From Treponemataceae bacterium (GTDB taxonomy: Bacteria; Spirochaetota; Spirochaetia; Treponematales; Rectinemataceae), in NCBI GenBank assembly GCA_963678065.2, contig CAXXVZ010000003.1, positions 1,344,001 through 1,408,000 of the forward strand: DNA of 64,000 nt, written 5' to 3'. Under the pieces are notes generated by a model. The model was not told the DNA's origin. It worked only from the letters and a program-made list of their open reading frames with translations, and did not search any database. Every line of letters begins with the position of its first letter. Within the stretch, counting starts at the first letter, position 1. Shown piece by piece: positions 8,697 through 17,338 of the stretch. The position numbers were made by a program, and so were the translations under genes.

Positions 8697-10223
8697 ATGA
8701 TACTCGGACTGACCGGAGGGTACTGCGCCGGCAAGAACACTGTCGCCGCGCTCCTCGAGAGGCGGGGCTGGACCTGCATCGACGTCGACCTCCTCGGACA
8801 TGAGGCGCTTCGGTCCTGCAAGGACCAGATCGTCAAGCGCTTCGGCATCACCGTCCTCGGCCTCGACGGGCAGATCGACCGCAAGACCCTCGGCTCCATC
8901 GTCTTCTCTGACCCCGCGGCCCTCGCCGACCACGAGGCAATCGTGCATCCGAGAATGTCCGCCCTCCTCGACAACCGCATCGACGAGATATCGGCCGAAG
9001 CCTACCAGACCGGCATGGAACCCCTCATCTGCATCAACGCCGCCGTGCTGTACAAGCTGCCGGAGCTCGCGCGCTGCGCCGCCGTGATCGAGGTCAAGGC
9101 GAGCATGGCCGCGCGTATCAGACGCGGCGAAGGGCGGGACGGACTGTATGCCGTCGACGTGAGGAAACGGATCAAGGGCCAGGCTCCGCTCTGGAGACTC
9201 CGGTCGCGCGCGCGGGGCAAAGTCATCTTCCTCAACAATTCCAGCGACATAGCCGAGCTCCGGGACCAGCTCACCGTCTGCCTCGGCAAGGTCAGGAACA
9301 TCACCACCGAAAAATCTTCATTCCACGAGGAAGCTGCCGATAAGGAAATAAGGAATCCTGCGGGCGGTGCCGGAACTCGGACCAGGTATCCCGCTTCCTT
9401 GGAGAGCAACAGAATGGCCGGAGAAAACAGGAAATTTTTGTGGATCGCACTTTCGCTTTGTGTCTTCGTGCTCATCCTCGTGGCGGCCGGATTGCTGCTG
9501 TTCAATCCCCGCGGCAACACGGGGGATACGCCCGCCTCGGCGGCGAATACCGCGGCACCCAAAGCGACCGATCCCCAGGATTTCCTCGTTACCCCGCCGC
9601 CCGCGCCCACGGATTCCTCATCAGGCAACAAAGGTTCGGGCGACGTCATCGTGGTCTACGGCAATCAGATGGAACCCACCTCGACGACGGTCCAGAAATC
9701 CCCGGCGCTCCCCTCCACGGCCTCGCCGACGACTCTGCCAAGAACCGCGACGCCCGCCACCACGACGACGACTGCGGCCCCGGTCCAGTTCACGCCGGTA
9801 ATGCCCTCGCCTGATTCTCCCATCGTGGCGCCCGACGCGCGCGAAACCACGACGACGACAGTGCGGAAAGCTGCGCCAAAACCGGCCCCGAAGCCCGCCG
9901 CGAAACCTGCTGCCAAAGCCGTGGCTAAAACGAGCCCGAAACCGGTCGCGGCGCCCGTGGCTAAAACGACCGCGGCCGCAGAAGACAGCATAGCCTGGAT
10001 ACAGACCGGCAGCTTCGGCGCCAGGGCAGGGGCCGACTCCCTCCGCGACGCCTTCACGGCCGCGGGCATCAGCTCCGTCATCATGGTGAAGGACATCGAC
10101 GGCAAGAGCTGGTATCAGGTCCGCGTCGGCCCCTTCTCCGGCAAGCAGCAGGCCCGCGACTGGCTGACCCGGGTCAAGGCCGTCTCAGGCGCATCCAAGG
10201 CCTCCTACGTCACTTCGGACTGA
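8697..10223 (+). CDS. coaE: Dephospho-CoA kinase fused in-frame to a TM / Pro-Thr-rich / SPOR-domain protein
   Basis: N-terminal MILGLTGGYCAGKN, IDRKTLGSIVF, EAIVHP. TM helix FLWIALSLCVFVLILVAAGLLLF. C-terminal SPOR (WIQTGSF...WYQVRVGPF). Internal ATG at 9414 with GGAG RBS. Confidence 0.8.
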   Translation: MILGLTGGYCAGKNTVAALLERRGWTCIDVDLLGHEALRSCKDQIVKRFGITVLGLDGQIDRKTLGSIVFSDPAALADHEAIVHPRMSALLDNRIDEISAEAYQTGMEPLICINAAVLYKLPELARCAAVIEVKASMAARIRRGEGRDGLYAVDVRKRIKGQAPLWRLRSRARGKVIFLNNSSDIAELRDQLTVCLGKVRNITTEKSSFHEEAADKEIRNPAGGAGTRTRYPASLESNRMAGENRKFLWIALSLCVFVLILVAAGLLLFNPRGNTGDTPASAANTAAPKATDPQDFLVTPPPAPTDSSSGNKGSGDVIVVYGNQMEPTSTTVQKSPALPSTASPTTLPRTATPATTTTTAAPVQFTPVMPSPDSPIVAPDARETTTTTVRKAAPKPAPKPAAKPAAKAVAKTSPKPVAAPVAKTTAAAEDSIAWIQTGSFGARAGADSLRDAFTAAGISSVIMVKDIDGKSWYQVRVGPFSGKQQARDWLTRVKAVSGASKASYVTSD

Positions 10224-10258
10224 GGAGATTCCAATCGGTACGCATTGTACGATTTGAT

Positions 10259-10287
10259 TTGACAGCCCCTTCCGGGCAGAATACTAT
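10259..10287 (+). promoter_or_regulatory. Sigma70-type promoter of the BMP ABC operon
   Basis: TTGACA (10259-64), 17 nt spacer, TACTAT (10282-87). Confidence 0.7.
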
Positions 10288-10289
10288 CG

Positions 10290-10332
10290 AGCGGAGACGG
10301 TTCTTCAGGAACCGTTTCCGCTTTTATTTTTT
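10290..10332 (+). terminator. Intrinsic terminator-like hairpin with U-tract
   Basis: AGCGGAGACGGTTC-TTCAG-GAACCGTTTCCGCT (14 bp, one G-U) followed by TTTATTTTTT. Confidence 0.75.
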
Positions 10333-10351
10333 CACCACCAAGGAGAGATCG

Positions 10352-11428
10352 ATGAAGAAGTTGGTACTCGCGCTTCTGGTCCTCGCCATGGCCCTCGGCA
10401 TGGTGGTTCCGGCCGTCGCCCAGCAGGCGAAGCAGTTCAAGGTAGCCTTCGTTTATATCGGCCCTCCCGGCGATCTCGGCTGGACCTACGAGCACGAGCG
10501 GGGCCGCCTCGCCGTCGACAAAGCCTTCGGCTCAAAGGTGAAGACCGACTACATCGAGAACGTTCCGGAAGGCCCCGACGCCGAACGCATCATCCGCCAG
10601 TACGCCCAGAACGGCTACGACATGATCATCACCACATCCTTCGGCTACATGGACCCCACCCTCGCGGTGGCCAAGGAATTCCCCAAAGTCATCTTCGAGC
10701 ACTGCTCCGGCTACAAGACCAACGCCAACATGGCGACCTACTTCGGCTGGATCGAGGAGCCCCGCTATCTCTCCGGAATCATCGCCGGAAAGATGACCAC
10801 GGCCAACAAGATCGGCTACGTCGCCGCATTCCCCATCCCCGAAGTCGTCCGCGGCATCAACTGGTTCACCCAGGGCGTCCGCTCCGTCAATCCCAAGGCC
10901 ACGGTTTCGGTCGTCTGGACCAACACCTGGTACGATCCCGTCAAGGAGCGTGAGGCGGCCGTCGCCCTCCTCGATTCCGGCGTGGACCTCATCGCCCAGC
11001 ACCAGGACACCGTCGAGCCCCAGAAGGCGGCCAAGGAGCGCGGCAAGTACTCCATCGGCTACGATTCCGACATGGGCAAATTCGTCGGCGACACCGTCCT
11101 CGCGAGCCCGATGTGGAACTGGGGCGTCTACTACGTCGAGACCATCGGCAACGCCATGGCCGGAAAGTGGAAGACCCACTCCTACTGGGAAGGCATGAAA
11201 GCCGGCGTCGTTCAGCTCTCCGCCCTCTCTCCCAAAGTTCCCAAGGATGTCGCGGCCCTCGTGGATCAGAAGGGCAAGGACATCGTCTCCGGCAAGCTCA
11301 ACATCTACGCCGGCCCCATCAAGGATCAGTCGGGCGCCGTCAAGATCGCGGCCGGAAAGACGATTTCCGTCGACGAGCGGGCCGGCATGGACTGGTTCGT
11401 CGAAGGCGTCATCGGAAAAGTCCAATAA
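10352..11428 (+). CDS. BMP-family ABC transporter substrate-binding protein (purine/nucleoside type)
   Basis: AAGGAG RBS, signal peptide, KVAFVYIGPPGDLGWTYEHERGR, TSFGYMD, GYVAAFPIPEVVRGIN, WYDP. Confidence 0.92.
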   Translation: MKKLVLALLVLAMALGMVVPAVAQQAKQFKVAFVYIGPPGDLGWTYEHERGRLAVDKAFGSKVKTDYIENVPEGPDAERIIRQYAQNGYDMIITTSFGYMDPTLAVAKEFPKVIFEHCSGYKTNANMATYFGWIEEPRYLSGIIAGKMTTANKIGYVAAFPIPEVVRGINWFTQGVRSVNPKATVSVVWTNTWYDPVKEREAAVALLDSGVDLIAQHQDTVEPQKAAKERGKYSIGYDSDMGKFVGDTVLASPMWNWGVYYVETIGNAMAGKWKTHSYWEGMKAGVVQLSALSPKVPKDVAALVDQKGKDIVSGKLNIYAGPIKDQSGAVKIAAGKTISVDERAGMDWFVEGVIGKVQ

Positions 11429-11454
11429 GGCATTTTCTTTGAACTGAACAAGAT

Positions 11455-11487
11455 CCCTTCGGCCGGGTTCCGGCCGAAGGGTTTTTT
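11455..11487 (+). terminator. Intrinsic terminator after the SBP gene
   Basis: CCCTTCGGCCGG-GTT-CCGGCCGAAGGG perfect 12-bp stem followed by TTTTTT. Confidence 0.85.
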
Positions 11488-11581
11488 ATGGAAGGACCGA
11501 AGGGATCGCCGCCCGCCCGAGGCTTTCCCGGGTCGTCGATCGCGCTCCAGACGGTTGCGCGCGCAAGGAGAATCACGGAGC

Positions 11582-13117
11582 ATGTCAGGACAAGCCGGCC
11601 TTCATCCTCTGGTGGAGATGCGGGGCATCTGCAAGAGTTTCCCCGGAGTAGTTGCCAACGATTGCGTCGACCTCGTGCTCGATCCGGGAGAAGTCCTCGC
11701 CCTTCTCGGCGAGAACGGCGCGGGCAAGAGCACCCTCATGAATGTCCTCTGCGGTCTTTACAGGCCGGACTCGGGCGAAATCCTCGTGCGGGGCAAGCCC
11801 GCCGCCATCAGCTCGCCTCGCCATGCGCGCGAATTCGGCATCGGCATGGTCCACCAGAACTTCAAGCTGGTCGACTCGATGACGGTCACCGAGAACGTCA
11901 TCCTCGGCCTCGCCGACCAGAACTTCGTCCTCGATCTCGCCGCCGCCAAAAAGGACATCAGAGAGCTCTCCGCCCGCTACAACCTCAGGGTTGACCCGGA
12001 TGCCTGTGTCTGGCAGCTCTCCGTGGGCGAGCAGCAGCGGGTCGAGATCCTCAAGCTCCTCTACCGCAAGGCCGAGATCCTCATCCTGGACGAACCGACG
12101 GCGGTCCTCACTCCCCAGGAGTCGCGCGAGCTGAACCATGTCGTCCACCTCATGCGGAGCGAAGGCAAGTCCGCGATCTTCATCACCCACAAGATGGACG
12201 AAGTCATGACCTTCTCGGACCGGGTCATGGTCCTGCGCAAAGGAAAGGTCGTCGCGGGCAAGGCGACGAAAGACACGAGCCCGAAGGACCTCGCCAACCT
12301 CATGGTCGGACGCGAGATTCTCTTCTCCATCGATAAAAAACCCTTCTCTCCGGGCGCGACGATCCTCGAGCTGGACTCGGTCTGCGCCGATGACGACCGC
12401 GGACTGCCCGCCCTCAAGTCGGTCAGCCTCAGACTGCGATCAGGCGAAATACTCGGCATCGCGGGTGTCGCGGGCAACGGCCAGCGCGAGCTCGCCGAAG
12501 TCATCACGGGGCTCAGGCCTGCCAGGTCCGGCACCGTGAAGGTCAAGGGCGTGGACGCGACCAACAAGTCCCCGCTCTCGTTCATCAAGGCAGGCGTCGG
12601 ACACATCCCCCAGGACCGCTCCTCGGTCGGCGCGGTCGGGGACATGAGCGTGGCGGACAACCTCGCCATGAAAGGTTACCGCGGCCGCCCCTTGAGCCTG
12701 GGCATCTTCCTTCTGCCGAAAAAATTCCTCGAGCTGGCTAAAAAGATGATCGCCTCCTTCAAGATCGCGACCCCCACGCCGGAAACCCAGGTCAAATTCC
12801 TCTCCGGCGGCAACATCCAGAAAACCATCCTCGCGCGGGAGATCGGCGCCTGCTCGAGCCTCCTCGTGGCCGTCTACCCTTCGCGCGGGCTCGATATAGG
12901 CGCCACGGAATCTGTCCGCCGCCAGCTCGTCGCACAGCGCGACTCGGGCCTCGGCGTCCTCTTCGTCTCGGAGGACATCGACGAGCTGGCCCAGGTCTGC
13001 GATACGATAGCCGTCCTCTCGGAGGGGAAGGTCATGGGCGTCATACCCGCTTCCGGGGCCGACCCAGAGCGCATGGGCCTCATGATGGCCGGCGTCTGTC
13101 AGGAGGAAACGGCATGA
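11582..13117 (+). CDS. ABC transporter ATP-binding protein (two-domain, nucleoside/CUT2 type)
   Basis: GENGAGKST, LSVGEQQRVEI, ILDEPTAVL, GVAGNGQ, LSGGNIQK. Confidence 0.93.
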   Translation: MSGQAGLHPLVEMRGICKSFPGVVANDCVDLVLDPGEVLALLGENGAGKSTLMNVLCGLYRPDSGEILVRGKPAAISSPRHAREFGIGMVHQNFKLVDSMTVTENVILGLADQNFVLDLAAAKKDIRELSARYNLRVDPDACVWQLSVGEQQRVEILKLLYRKAEILILDEPTAVLTPQESRELNHVVHLMRSEGKSAIFITHKMDEVMTFSDRVMVLRKGKVVAGKATKDTSPKDLANLMVGREILFSIDKKPFSPGATILELDSVCADDDRGLPALKSVSLRLRSGEILGIAGVAGNGQRELAEVITGLRPARSGTVKVKGVDATNKSPLSFIKAGVGHIPQDRSSVGAVGDMSVADNLAMKGYRGRPLSLGIFLLPKKFLELAKKMIASFKIATPTPETQVKFLSGGNIQKTILAREIGACSSLLVAVYPSRGLDIGATESVRRQLVAQRDSGLGVLFVSEDIDELAQVCDTIAVLSEGKVMGVIPASGADPERMGLMMAGVCQEETA

Positions 13118-14208
13118 AAATCCTCTTCGAAAAACGGAAATCAGCCTCCGTTCCGGCCCTCTTCCTCGTCCCTCTCCTCTCCTTCGCGGTCTCGCTCACC
13201 CTCACGGGTATCCTCCTCGTCGTGTTCGGGGCGGACCCCTTCAAGACCTACGCGGCCATGTTCAAAGGAGCCTTCGGGACACAGTCCGGATTCACGGAGA
13301 CCCTCGTCAAGGCGATTCCCCTCATGCTGACGGGCCTCGGCGTCTCCTTCGCCTTCCGCCTCAAGTTCTGGAACATCGGCGCCGAGGGTCAGCTCACTCT
13401 GGGCGGCGTCGCCACGGCCTGGGTCATGCTCTTCATGGACGGCTGGATACCGCAGCCCCTGCTCCTGCCAGCCGCCATTCTCGCCGGCTGCGCCGCGGGC
13501 GCTCTCTGGGCCGGCATCCCCGCGGTGCTCAAGACATCCCTCAAGGTCGACGAAACCCTCGTCACCCTCATGATGAACTATGTCGCCATCCTCATTTCGG
13601 AATTCCTGTATTACGGCCCCTGGCGGGACCCGAAAGGCTTCGGCTTCCCGGGTTCGAAGCCCTTCCCCGAGTATGCCTGGCTGCCCCGCATCATGGGACG
13701 CGCCCACATAGGCATCTACTTCGCCATCGCCCTCGCGCTTATACTGTGGGTCGTACAGAAGCGGACACGCTGGGGCTTCGAGCTCGGCATCATCGGCGCG
13801 AGCCAGAAGGCCGCCCGCTACCAGGGCATCGCCGTCGAGCGCAATATCGTCCTCGCAATCCTCGTGTCGGGCGCGCTGTGCGGCATGGCCGGCTCCTTCG
13901 AGCTGAGCGGCATATCCCACCGCCTCCAGCAGGGGCTCTCCGTCGGTTACGGCTACACGGCCATCATCGTGGGCTGGATGTCCCAGCTCAACCCGATCGC
14001 CGTCCTCTTCGTGTCCACGCTGATGGCCGGCCTCCTCACGGGCGGCGACCAGGTCCAGATGATGATGAAACTGCCGGCCGCCATGGGCCTCGTCATGCAG
14101 GGCATGATCCTCTTCCCCCTCCTCGCCGGATCGCTTTTCACGGAATACCACATCAGGCTGATCAGCAAGCCAAAACCGAAGGCAGCCTGCGCCGAAGGAG
14201 AGTCATGA
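13114..14208 (+). CDS. ABC transporter permease (nucleoside type)
   Basis: WNIGAEGQ, GYGYTAIIV, multiple TM helices; ATGA overlap with the ATPase. Confidence 0.92.
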   Translation: MKILFEKRKSASVPALFLVPLLSFAVSLTLTGILLVVFGADPFKTYAAMFKGAFGTQSGFTETLVKAIPLMLTGLGVSFAFRLKFWNIGAEGQLTLGGVATAWVMLFMDGWIPQPLLLPAAILAGCAAGALWAGIPAVLKTSLKVDETLVTLMMNYVAILISEFLYYGPWRDPKGFGFPGSKPFPEYAWLPRIMGRAHIGIYFAIALALILWVVQKRTRWGFELGIIGASQKAARYQGIAVERNIVLAILVSGALCGMAGSFELSGISHRLQQGLSVGYGYTAIIVGWMSQLNPIAVLFVSTLMAGLLTGGDQVQMMMKLPAAMGLVMQGMILFPLLAGSLFTEYHIRLISKPKPKAACAEGES

Positions 14209-15158
14209 TGGACCTCGTAACATCGATCCTCACGATCACCCTCAGGGCCGGAACGAGCCTCATCTTCGCCACGATCGGGGAAACCCTCACGGAGCGCGCG
14301 GGCATCCTCAACCTCGGACTCGAGGGCATGATGCTGATGGGCGCCGTCAGCTCTTTTGCGGCCTCCTTCTACACGCACAATATCGCCCTCGCCATCCTCG
14401 TCGCCCTCGGCGTCGGCGCCCTTATGGCCTCGATCCACGCCTTTCTGACCGTGACCATGCGCGCAAACCAGGTCGTGTCCGGACTCTCCATGACCCTCTT
14501 CGGAACCGGCTTCGCGAGCTTCCTCGGCCAGAAGATGGGCCCGGCCTCCAACAACTTCCGCCTCGTCGGCCTCTCTGCCGCGAAGCTGACGCCGCATAGA
14601 ATCCCTGTCCTCGGCGATCTTCCCATCCTGGGCGCCATCGTCAATCAGGACTACATGACCTACGCCGTCTATCTTCTCATACCGGTGGCCTGGTTCTTCC
14701 TCTACAAGACGCGCCCCGGACTCTGGCTCCGCTCGGTGGGCGACGATCCCCAGACCGCCGATGCCATGGGCATCGACGTCTTCAGGACCAAGTACCTCTA
14801 CACGATCCTCGGGGGCATGCTCGTGGCCTTGGGCGGCGCGCACCTCTCCCTCTCCTACACGCCTGGCTGGACCGAGAACATCACGGGAGGGCGCGGCTGG
14901 ATCGTCATCGCCCTCGTCATCTTCTCGATGTGGAACCCGGCGCGCGCCATCTGGGGGGCTCTCCTCTTCGGCGGCATCAACGCCGTGCAGTTCCGCCTCC
15001 AGGCATCGGGCACGACCATTCCCGCGGGCTTTCTCAACATGCTGCCCTACATCATGACCATCCTCGTCCTCGTCGCCATGACCTGGTGGGAGGCCCTGTC
15101 CAAGAAGATGGGGGCGCCAGCCTCGCTCGGGAACTCGTACATGCGGGAAGACAAGTAG
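14205..15158 (+). CDS. ABC transporter permease (nucleoside type)
   Basis: ERAGILNLGLEGMML, ANQVVSG, GRGWIVIALVIF, MLPYIMT; ATGA overlap. Confidence 0.92.
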   Translation: MMDLVTSILTITLRAGTSLIFATIGETLTERAGILNLGLEGMMLMGAVSSFAASFYTHNIALAILVALGVGALMASIHAFLTVTMRANQVVSGLSMTLFGTGFASFLGQKMGPASNNFRLVGLSAAKLTPHRIPVLGDLPILGAIVNQDYMTYAVYLLIPVAWFFLYKTRPGLWLRSVGDDPQTADAMGIDVFRTKYLYTILGGMLVALGGAHLSLSYTPGWTENITGGRGWIVIALVIFSMWNPARAIWGALLFGGINAVQFRLQASGTTIPAGFLNMLPYIMTILVLVAMTWWEALSKKMGAPASLGNSYMREDK

Positions 15159-15211
15159 AGCGCGCCCCGATCGGAAGCGCGCTCCGCAGTGTTCGATACA
15201 AGGACCGGATG

Positions 15212-15994
15212 TCAAAGGAAGAGTTCAGTCTCTTTTCTCGTAGCGCATTGTGCGGGTAGCATCGCCATCGCATCCAGGAATTTTTTATCATCCATGCGCT
15301 TCGCCTGTCGGGGGCATTCCTGGATGCAGCGGAAGCATGCGATGCATCGCATACGGTCCACTTCCGCTGTATTCGAGGGATCGATAGCGGCCATCGGACA
15401 GACCCGGGCACAGTGACCGCATCTGTCGCACGCAGAGTCAGTAGTAGGTGCAATATGATAGGCGATCCCGCGCGTATACGGCTTATTCCCTTTTATCGGC
15501 AATTCGTCGCGCGCTTCGACATCGGATAGTGCTTGCAGTTTCCGTCTGACTCGCGCCCCGAATTCCAAAGCAGCCCGCATGTCGATCACATCAGGCCTCC
15601 CCCGCGCAATTTCGCCGGCACAGGCATGCTGCCCGATGAAAGCTCCCGCAGCTATCCCGACAAAACCCCTTTCTTCGCAGCGATCCCGGAGCTCTGCCAG
15701 GGCGTCCTCATAGTCGCGATTCCCGTACGACACGACGAACACCGCGGGGCTCCGGTCGGCGGTAAGGCCCCGGAAGAATTCCATAAAGTTATCCGGTATC
15801 CTGCCGCCATAGACAGGCATTCCGATTACGACGCACTCATCCTTCTTGAAGCTGCGCTTACTCCATCTCGCCTCGAACGGCGTGAGGTCATGATCCGCGA
15901 ATCCCCCGCCCAGGCCCTCGGCTATCGCGGTGACGACCCGCCTGACATTCCCGGTCGGGCTGAAATAGAGGGTCGATACACAGGATATATCCAT
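15212..15994 (-). CDS. EFR1-family ferredoxin (flavodoxin-like plus 2x[4Fe-4S])
   Basis: YFSPTGN, PVYGGRIP, YGNRDYEDAL, CDRCGHCARVCP, CIACFRCIQECP. Confidence 0.88.
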   Translation of the reverse strand: MDISCVSTLYFSPTGNVRRVVTAIAEGLGGGFADHDLTPFEARWSKRSFKKDECVVIGMPVYGGRIPDNFMEFFRGLTADRSPAVFVVSYGNRDYEDALAELRDRCEERGFVGIAAGAFIGQHACAGEIARGRPDVIDMRAALEFGARVRRKLQALSDVEARDELPIKGNKPYTRGIAYHIAPTTDSACDRCGHCARVCPMAAIDPSNTAEVDRMRCIACFRCIQECPRQAKRMDDKKFLDAMAMLPAQCATRKETELFL

Positions 15995-16006
15995 GCGGCA
16001 ACTCCT

Positions 16007-17299
16007 TCATTGCGATTGGCTTAGTGGCTTGTTCCCGGCTCCATCCACGTCACGGCGATTATTCGCCTTCCACGGTGTCTCGCAGCGGAAGGCCGGGACG
16101 ATATCCTGAGACTGTATCCTGCCAAGTATCGTGGCCATCCGCTTGAGTCCCTCGCCGAGGACACTTCGCGCACAGGCGACATTTATTCGTATATAGCCCG
16201 TCCCTTCCACGCCAAAGAGCGAACCTCCCTCGGCGAAGACGCGACCCTCCCTCACCATCGATCGCATGAGGGCACTCTCCTCGAAGCGATATGCTCTCAC
16301 ATCGATCCAGGCGAGATAGGTGCCCTCCGGTGTGACGCATGTGGCCTTTGGAAGTGCATCTTCAAGGAATGTCTGCAAAAACATGAAATTCCCGTCAAGG
16401 TAGGCTCGCACTTCCTCGAGCCATTCCTCGCATTCGCCGAACGCGCTCTCCGCCGCGACGATCGCCAGGGCCGTGGGCCTCTTGAGCCCCAGGCGTCCGA
16501 CGACGTACTCGCGCCACCTGTCCCGTATGCGCGGATCGTGGATAACGATGTTCGAGAGCTGCATGCCGGCCACGTTGAAGGTCTTGCTCGGCGCCGTGGC
16601 CGTGATGATCCGGTCTTTGAACTCCGGGAACACCTTTTCGAGCGGCGTGTGGACGACCCCGCCGCGCACGAGATCGCAGTGTATCTCGTCCGAGATCACC
16701 GCGATGTTTGTCCTCTCGAAGAGCGACCTGAGCTTCCCCAGCTCGCTCTCGCTCCAGACACGGCCGACGGGATTATGCGGACTGCAGAGGACCAACAGCT
16801 TCGCGGTCGGATCCAGCATCTTCGCATCGAGGTCGGGGATGTCCATTTCGTAGCGGCCGTCCCGGCAGACCAGCGGATTGTTGATCACGGTCCTTCCATG
16901 GTTCACGACCGTGCGGGTGAAAGGATAGTATACGGGCCGCTGGATGATGACCCCGTCGCCGGGCTCGGTCAGGATATCGATGAGGTATCCGATGGCCGGA
17001 ATGACGCCGGGACTGAATACGATGCTCTCCGAATTGAGGTACCACCCGAACCGATGCTGATACCACCCGCAGACGGCGCGATAGAATCGGCTCGTCCCGT
17101 TGGAACTGTACCCGAAGATCAATCGGTCGACGCGCTCGCGCAGGGCCTCGATCATGGGCTGGGCGCAGGGGAAGTCCATGTCGGCGATCCACAAGGGGAT
17201 GGTCCCCGGCGGGACCTCCGGGTCCGATTCCTGCATGAATTCCCATTTCACGCTGTTCGTCCCGTCGCGGTCGATGAAGCGATCAAAATCATAGGACAT
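16007..17299 (-). CDS. MalY/PatB-family PLP-dependent C-S lyase
   Basis: SVKW, PLWIADMDF, LCSPHNPVGRVW, SDEIHCDL, APSKTFNVAG, EGTYLAWID, RINVAC. Confidence 0.92.
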   Translation of the reverse strand: MSYDFDRFIDRDGTNSVKWEFMQESDPEVPPGTIPLWIADMDFPCAQPMIEALRERVDRLIFGYSSNGTSRFYRAVCGWYQHRFGWYLNSESIVFSPGVIPAIGYLIDILTEPGDGVIIQRPVYYPFTRTVVNHGRTVINNPLVCRDGRYEMDIPDLDAKMLDPTAKLLVLCSPHNPVGRVWSESELGKLRSLFERTNIAVISDEIHCDLVRGGVVHTPLEKVFPEFKDRIITATAPSKTFNVAGMQLSNIVIHDPRIRDRWREYVVGRLGLKRPTALAIVAAESAFGECEEWLEEVRAYLDGNFMFLQTFLEDALPKATCVTPEGTYLAWIDVRAYRFEESALMRSMVREGRVFAEGGSLFGVEGTGYIRINVACARSVLGEGLKRMATILGRIQSQDIVPAFRCETPWKANNRRDVDGAGNKPLSQSQ

Positions 17300-17338
17300 G
17301 TCGTTCTCCCGAGGGGGGCCGATCGCGGCCCTGCCGAG

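Noticed and set aside
5622..8948. Very long alternative-frame and antisense ORFs over polA (e.g. 6029-8803, 7200-8948) and similar ones across the window (16538-18193, 46216-48426, 55221-57695, 62500-63978)
   Set aside because: Shadow ORFs expected at high GC3. They are Arg/Pro/Gly-rich with no motifs and overlap well-supported genes.
10224..10351. Canonical purine riboswitch upstream of the BMP transporter
   Set aside because: No aptamer consensus, and too little room between promoter and RBS; only a single hairpin is present.
15159..15211. Attachment site or mobile element end at the putative island boundary
   Set aside because: Only a short GAGCGCGC/GCGCGCTC hairpin between convergent genes. 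No matching repeat near 55100 and no recombinase gene.
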